Shown piece after piece: positions 61,196 to 64,000 of a stretch of DNA of 64,000 nt. How positions within the stretch are numbered: the first letter of the stretch is position 1; each line of letters opens with the position of its first letter. Source of the stretch: an uncultured Verrucomicrobiae bacterium (GTDB lineage: Bacteria > Verrucomicrobiota > Verrucomicrobiia > Limisphaerales > Palsa-1400); assembly GCA_963707025.1 (NCBI GenBank), contig CAVPOM010000012.1, positions 96,001 through 160,000 on the forward strand. The letters are read 5' to 3'. A model generated the notes under the pieces. It was not told the DNA's origin. It was given only the letters and a program-made list of their open reading frames with translations, and ran no database searches. The translations under genes and the position numbers were made by a program.

Positions 61196-62773
61196 ATGAA
61201 AACCAATCTAATCCTCGCCGCCCTTTGCGCCGCTCTGGCGGCGGGATGCAAAACCCCAACCTCCCCGCCCGCCCCAAGCTTGCCGGCGGCGGCGGCCGTG
61301 CCGGCTCCAACGGAGATTTCATCCAATCGCTATGTAATTTACGCGCCGGACGGGTCGTGTAAAATCACCATTGACACCGCCCGGGCGACGAACATGACGG
61401 ATTGGGCCGAGCACAGGCTGGCGCCGGTGCTGGCCGAATGGTATCCGAAAATGTGCGCCATGATGCCCACCCCGGGCTACAAGGCGCCGACCAACTGGAC
61501 GGTCACCATCGCCCCCGGCAACGGGGTGGCCGCCACCGGCGGCACGCGGGTCACGGCCAATTATACCTGGTTTCGGAACCAGATGGACAAAGTGGGTCCG
61601 TTTTCGACAAAAGAGATCAAGGACTTGGCAGCGATCGTGCAGCGATTGCGGCAGCAGTCCGATCCCATCTCCGCCTATCTGTGGAAGCAATTGTCAAACC
61701 CGGAGCAAAAAGTGTTGAAGAACTACCAGCCCGCGGCAGCCAATTCAAATGAGGCTGAAGACGTTATTCTTCAGGTTTTTAACAAGATCATCGAAAAACC
61801 GAGCATTTACGAACCCGGCCGGTTCAAAGGCATCCCGCTGACTTATGAAACGCTGGCCCTTTTGCACCAAAGTCCCAAAGACGTTGAGTTGAGCCATGTC
61901 AACCGGCTGCTTTTGCAGGACGCGTACGCAAAGGAAACGACCAGGAGACACTTGGAGGCCGTGGGCGCGCTGGTGCATGAGGAGGTGCATGTGGTGCAGC
62001 AATATGGCGGAGGGCGGCGCAGCAACCCGCCGGGCAGCATTGCCTTCGGCGAAATGACCAACTTCCCGTCCCTGGTCAAAATGCTCCAAGACAAGGCGGA
62101 CCCCGTTTCGGCCTTCCTCAACCTGCAAATGACGCCGGTTGAGCGCAAGGCGCTGACCGATTACAAAGGCCCCGGCCCGACGGATTACTACGCGCGCACC
62201 AATCTGGCGGCGTTTCTCAACAGAATCATCAGGGGTCCCGGCCTTTATGAAGCGGTGCTGTTCAAAGACGTGACGCTGCGGGACACCACCAAGAGCCAGC
62301 TTGAGCAAAAGCCTGAAGACAGCGATTTGGCGCGCCTGAACCGGGCCTTGCTCGAAGACGCTTACCCCGGTGAACTGGCCCGACCCGTGGCAACGGCCGG
62401 GGGGGGCGGAGGCCGCAGGGGCGGCGGCGGAGGCAACACCGGCTGGCTGACCGAGGGGATTCCCGATTACATCCGCTGGTTCCTTTACCAGCCCGAGGCC
62501 CACGGGGCGGACATCGTTTACTTCAAGGGAAAGGCGGACCCGAAATACGACGGCGCTTATCGCCCCAGCGCGTTTTTCCTGAATTTCGTCACGCAGAAGT
62601 ATGACCCCAAGATTGTCACGAAATTAAACGACGTATGCCGCCAGGGAAAATACTATGAAGCCATCTGGTTCGACAACACCGGCAAGACCTTGCAGCAATT
62701 GAACCAGGAATGGCTGGACTCGGTTCATAATCAGCTCCATACCGCTTCCACCCCCGCCCCGGCCAAAACCTAA
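61196..62773 (+). CDS. Basic secretory protein (BSP) family zincin lipoprotein with two inserted domains
   Basis: AAGC lipobox, GVAATGG, VHEEVHVVQQY, WLTEGIPDYIRW, TGKTLQQLNQEW. Confidence 0.85.
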   Translation: MKTNLILAALCAALAAGCKTPTSPPAPSLPAAAAVPAPTEISSNRYVIYAPDGSCKITIDTARATNMTDWAEHRLAPVLAEWYPKMCAMMPTPGYKAPTNWTVTIAPGNGVAATGGTRVTANYTWFRNQMDKVGPFSTKEIKDLAAIVQRLRQQSDPISAYLWKQLSNPEQKVLKNYQPAAANSNEAEDVILQVFNKIIEKPSIYEPGRFKGIPLTYETLALLHQSPKDVELSHVNRLLLQDAYAKETTRRHLEAVGALVHEEVHVVQQYGGGRRSNPPGSIAFGEMTNFPSLVKMLQDKADPVSAFLNLQMTPVERKALTDYKGPGPTDYYARTNLAAFLNRIIRGPGLYEAVLFKDVTLRDTTKSQLEQKPEDSDLARLNRALLEDAYPGELARPVATAGGGGGRRGGGGGNTGWLTEGIPDYIRWFLYQPEAHGADIVYFKGKADPKYDGAYRPSAFFLNFVTQKYDPKIVTKLNDVCRQGKYYEAIWFDNTGKTLQQLNQEWLDSVHNQLHTASTPAPAKT

Positions 62774-62806
62774 ACGTGCGAACTGGATAATGCCTTAAAC
62801 TTGGAT

Positions 62807-62993
62807 GGCAGGGCGCGCACCCGGTGCGCGCCCTGTTTTCCCTCTCCTAATCTTAATCCTAATCCCGGTGACTCCCCTCTTCGACCATGAAAAACTGCAA
62901 GTATGCCATTGCTTCCAAGCGCGCGGGCTTGATCAAAGCCAATTCTGATGACCGATTGCACGAAGGAGATTAAGATTATGATTAAGATTAAGA
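62807..62993. repeat. REP hairpin plus opposed TAATCY / RGATTA hexamer tracts
   Basis: GGGCGCGCACCCGGTGCGCGCCC; CCTAATCTTAATCCTAATCC (~62846-62865) and GATTAAGATTATGATTAAGATTAAGA (~62968-62992). Confidence 0.65.
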
Positions 62994-63010
62994 GCAGATG
63001 CCCAAAAAAC

Positions 63011-64000
63011 ATGAAACTCACTCTCGTTGGGATTGCCTCCGCCCTGGCCTTGGCCCTGGGCCTTTGGAGCGGCGGCTGCGCCGTCGCACAACACGGCGCC
63101 GTCGCGCAACACGCGGCCGGCGCGCCACCAGCCGGCGGGCCCTTGGATTTAAGGAAAGACCCGACGCTTTATCTTGTCGGCTACGCGCATTTGGACACCG
63201 AATGGCGCTGGGAATACCCGCAGGTCATCCAGGAATACCTGGCCAAGACCCTCTTGGATAATTTTGCGCTGCTTGAAAAGTATCCGCATTACGTCTTCAA
63301 TTTCACCGGGGCTTATCGCTACAAGCTGTTCAAGGAATATTACCCCGAGGATTACAAGAAACTGCAGCATTACGTCGCCGCCGGCCGCTGGTTCCCCGCC
63401 GGCTCCTCCGTGGATGAGGGCGACGTTAACTCCCCCAATGCCGAGTCCATTATCCGCCAGGTTCTTTACGGCAACGGGTATTTCCGCCATGATTTTGGCA
63501 AGGCCAGCGCGGAGTATATGCTGCCGGATTGCTTTGGCTTCCCCGCCTCCCTGCCCAGCATCCTGGCCCATGCCGGGATCAAGGGTTTCTCCACCCAGAA
63601 ACTTTCCTCCAACTGGCAGCCGGCCCCCGTGGTGGGCGGGACCAATTCGCCGGAACAAACCCCGCCGGGCATTCCCTTCAATGTGGGGATCTGGGTGGGC
63701 ACGGATGGCCAGAGTGTCATTGCGGCGCTCAATCCGGGCAGCTATGGCGGCTCGATCAACAGCGATCTGTCCAAGAGTCCCGCCGCCAGACCCCCCTCGG
63801 CCACGGATCTGGCCGTCGCGCCCTACGCCCGCCGCGGCGGCCCGGAAGACTGGCCCAGACGAATCCAGATTGACGGCGAAGCGAGCGGGATCTTTGCCGA
63901 TTTCCATTATTACGGCACGGGCGACACCGGTGGCTCCCCGACGCCCGGTTCGGTGAGAATGATGGAAGCCATCGTTACCAAAAGCAAGATCGTGCCGTCC
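63011..64000 (+). CDS. Second GH38 alpha-mannosidase, lipoprotein (runs off the window end)
   Basis: Not in the ORF track (no stop). MKLTLVG..SGGC lipobox, YAHLDTEWRW, LPDCFG, YGTGDTGG, all in one frame. Confidence 0.92.
   Translation, partial: MKLTLVGIASALALALGLWSGGCAVAQHGAVAQHAAGAPPAGGPLDLRKDPTLYLVGYAHLDTEWRWEYPQVIQEYLAKTLLDNFALLEKYPHYVFNFTGAYRYKLFKEYYPEDYKKLQHYVAAGRWFPAGSSVDEGDVNSPNAESIIRQVLYGNGYFRHDFGKASAEYMLPDCFGFPASLPSILAHAGIKGFSTQKLSSNWQPAPVVGGTNSPEQTPPGIPFNVGIWVGTDGQSVIAALNPGSYGGSINSDLSKSPAARPPSATDLAVAPYARRGGPEDWPRRIQIDGEASGIFADFHYYGTGDTGGSPTPGSVRMMEAIVTKSKIVPS

Overview
GC-rich bacterial DNA, most likely Verrucomicrobiota (Pedosphaera/Limisphaera-like; inferred from gene content, not from a marker gene). 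1-6.1 kb: accessory region where one intact and one split HUH Y1 (RAYT-type) transposase element, bounded by 23-bp hairpin inverted repeats, abuts 5'-truncated gene fragments (an RHS toxin C-terminus with a lipoprotein immunity candidate, and a second truncated gene plus partner), nested with a 133-bp MITE-like element. Then larC/larB, a GH2 glycosidase and a proteostasis-rich block (HtrA + two-component system, S41 protease, TraB/GumN protein, UBact-prcB-prcA-pafA, PadR with two HAAS-type proteins, one fused to a Clp N-domain), followed by rbfA-nrnA-truB-ribF. 27.7-45.1 kb holds paralogous secreted proteins sharing a C-terminal module, one interrupted by an IS1595 carrying passenger ORFs, together with gmhB, an MBL hydrolase, apbE and a Tat oxidoreductase. 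The last third has an IS4 with a divergent DUF6788-like ORF inserted in a REP element, a CocE/NonD hydrolase, a TPP decarboxylase, a sugar porter, two GH38 alpha-mannosidases and a BSP-family peptidase with a twice-inserted domain. Several REP/REPIN-like families and simple repeats occur between genes. About eight frameshifts suggest indel errors in the assembly. No rRNA, tRNA or CRISPR array was recognised. All family calls come from motif recognition by eye; no database search was run.
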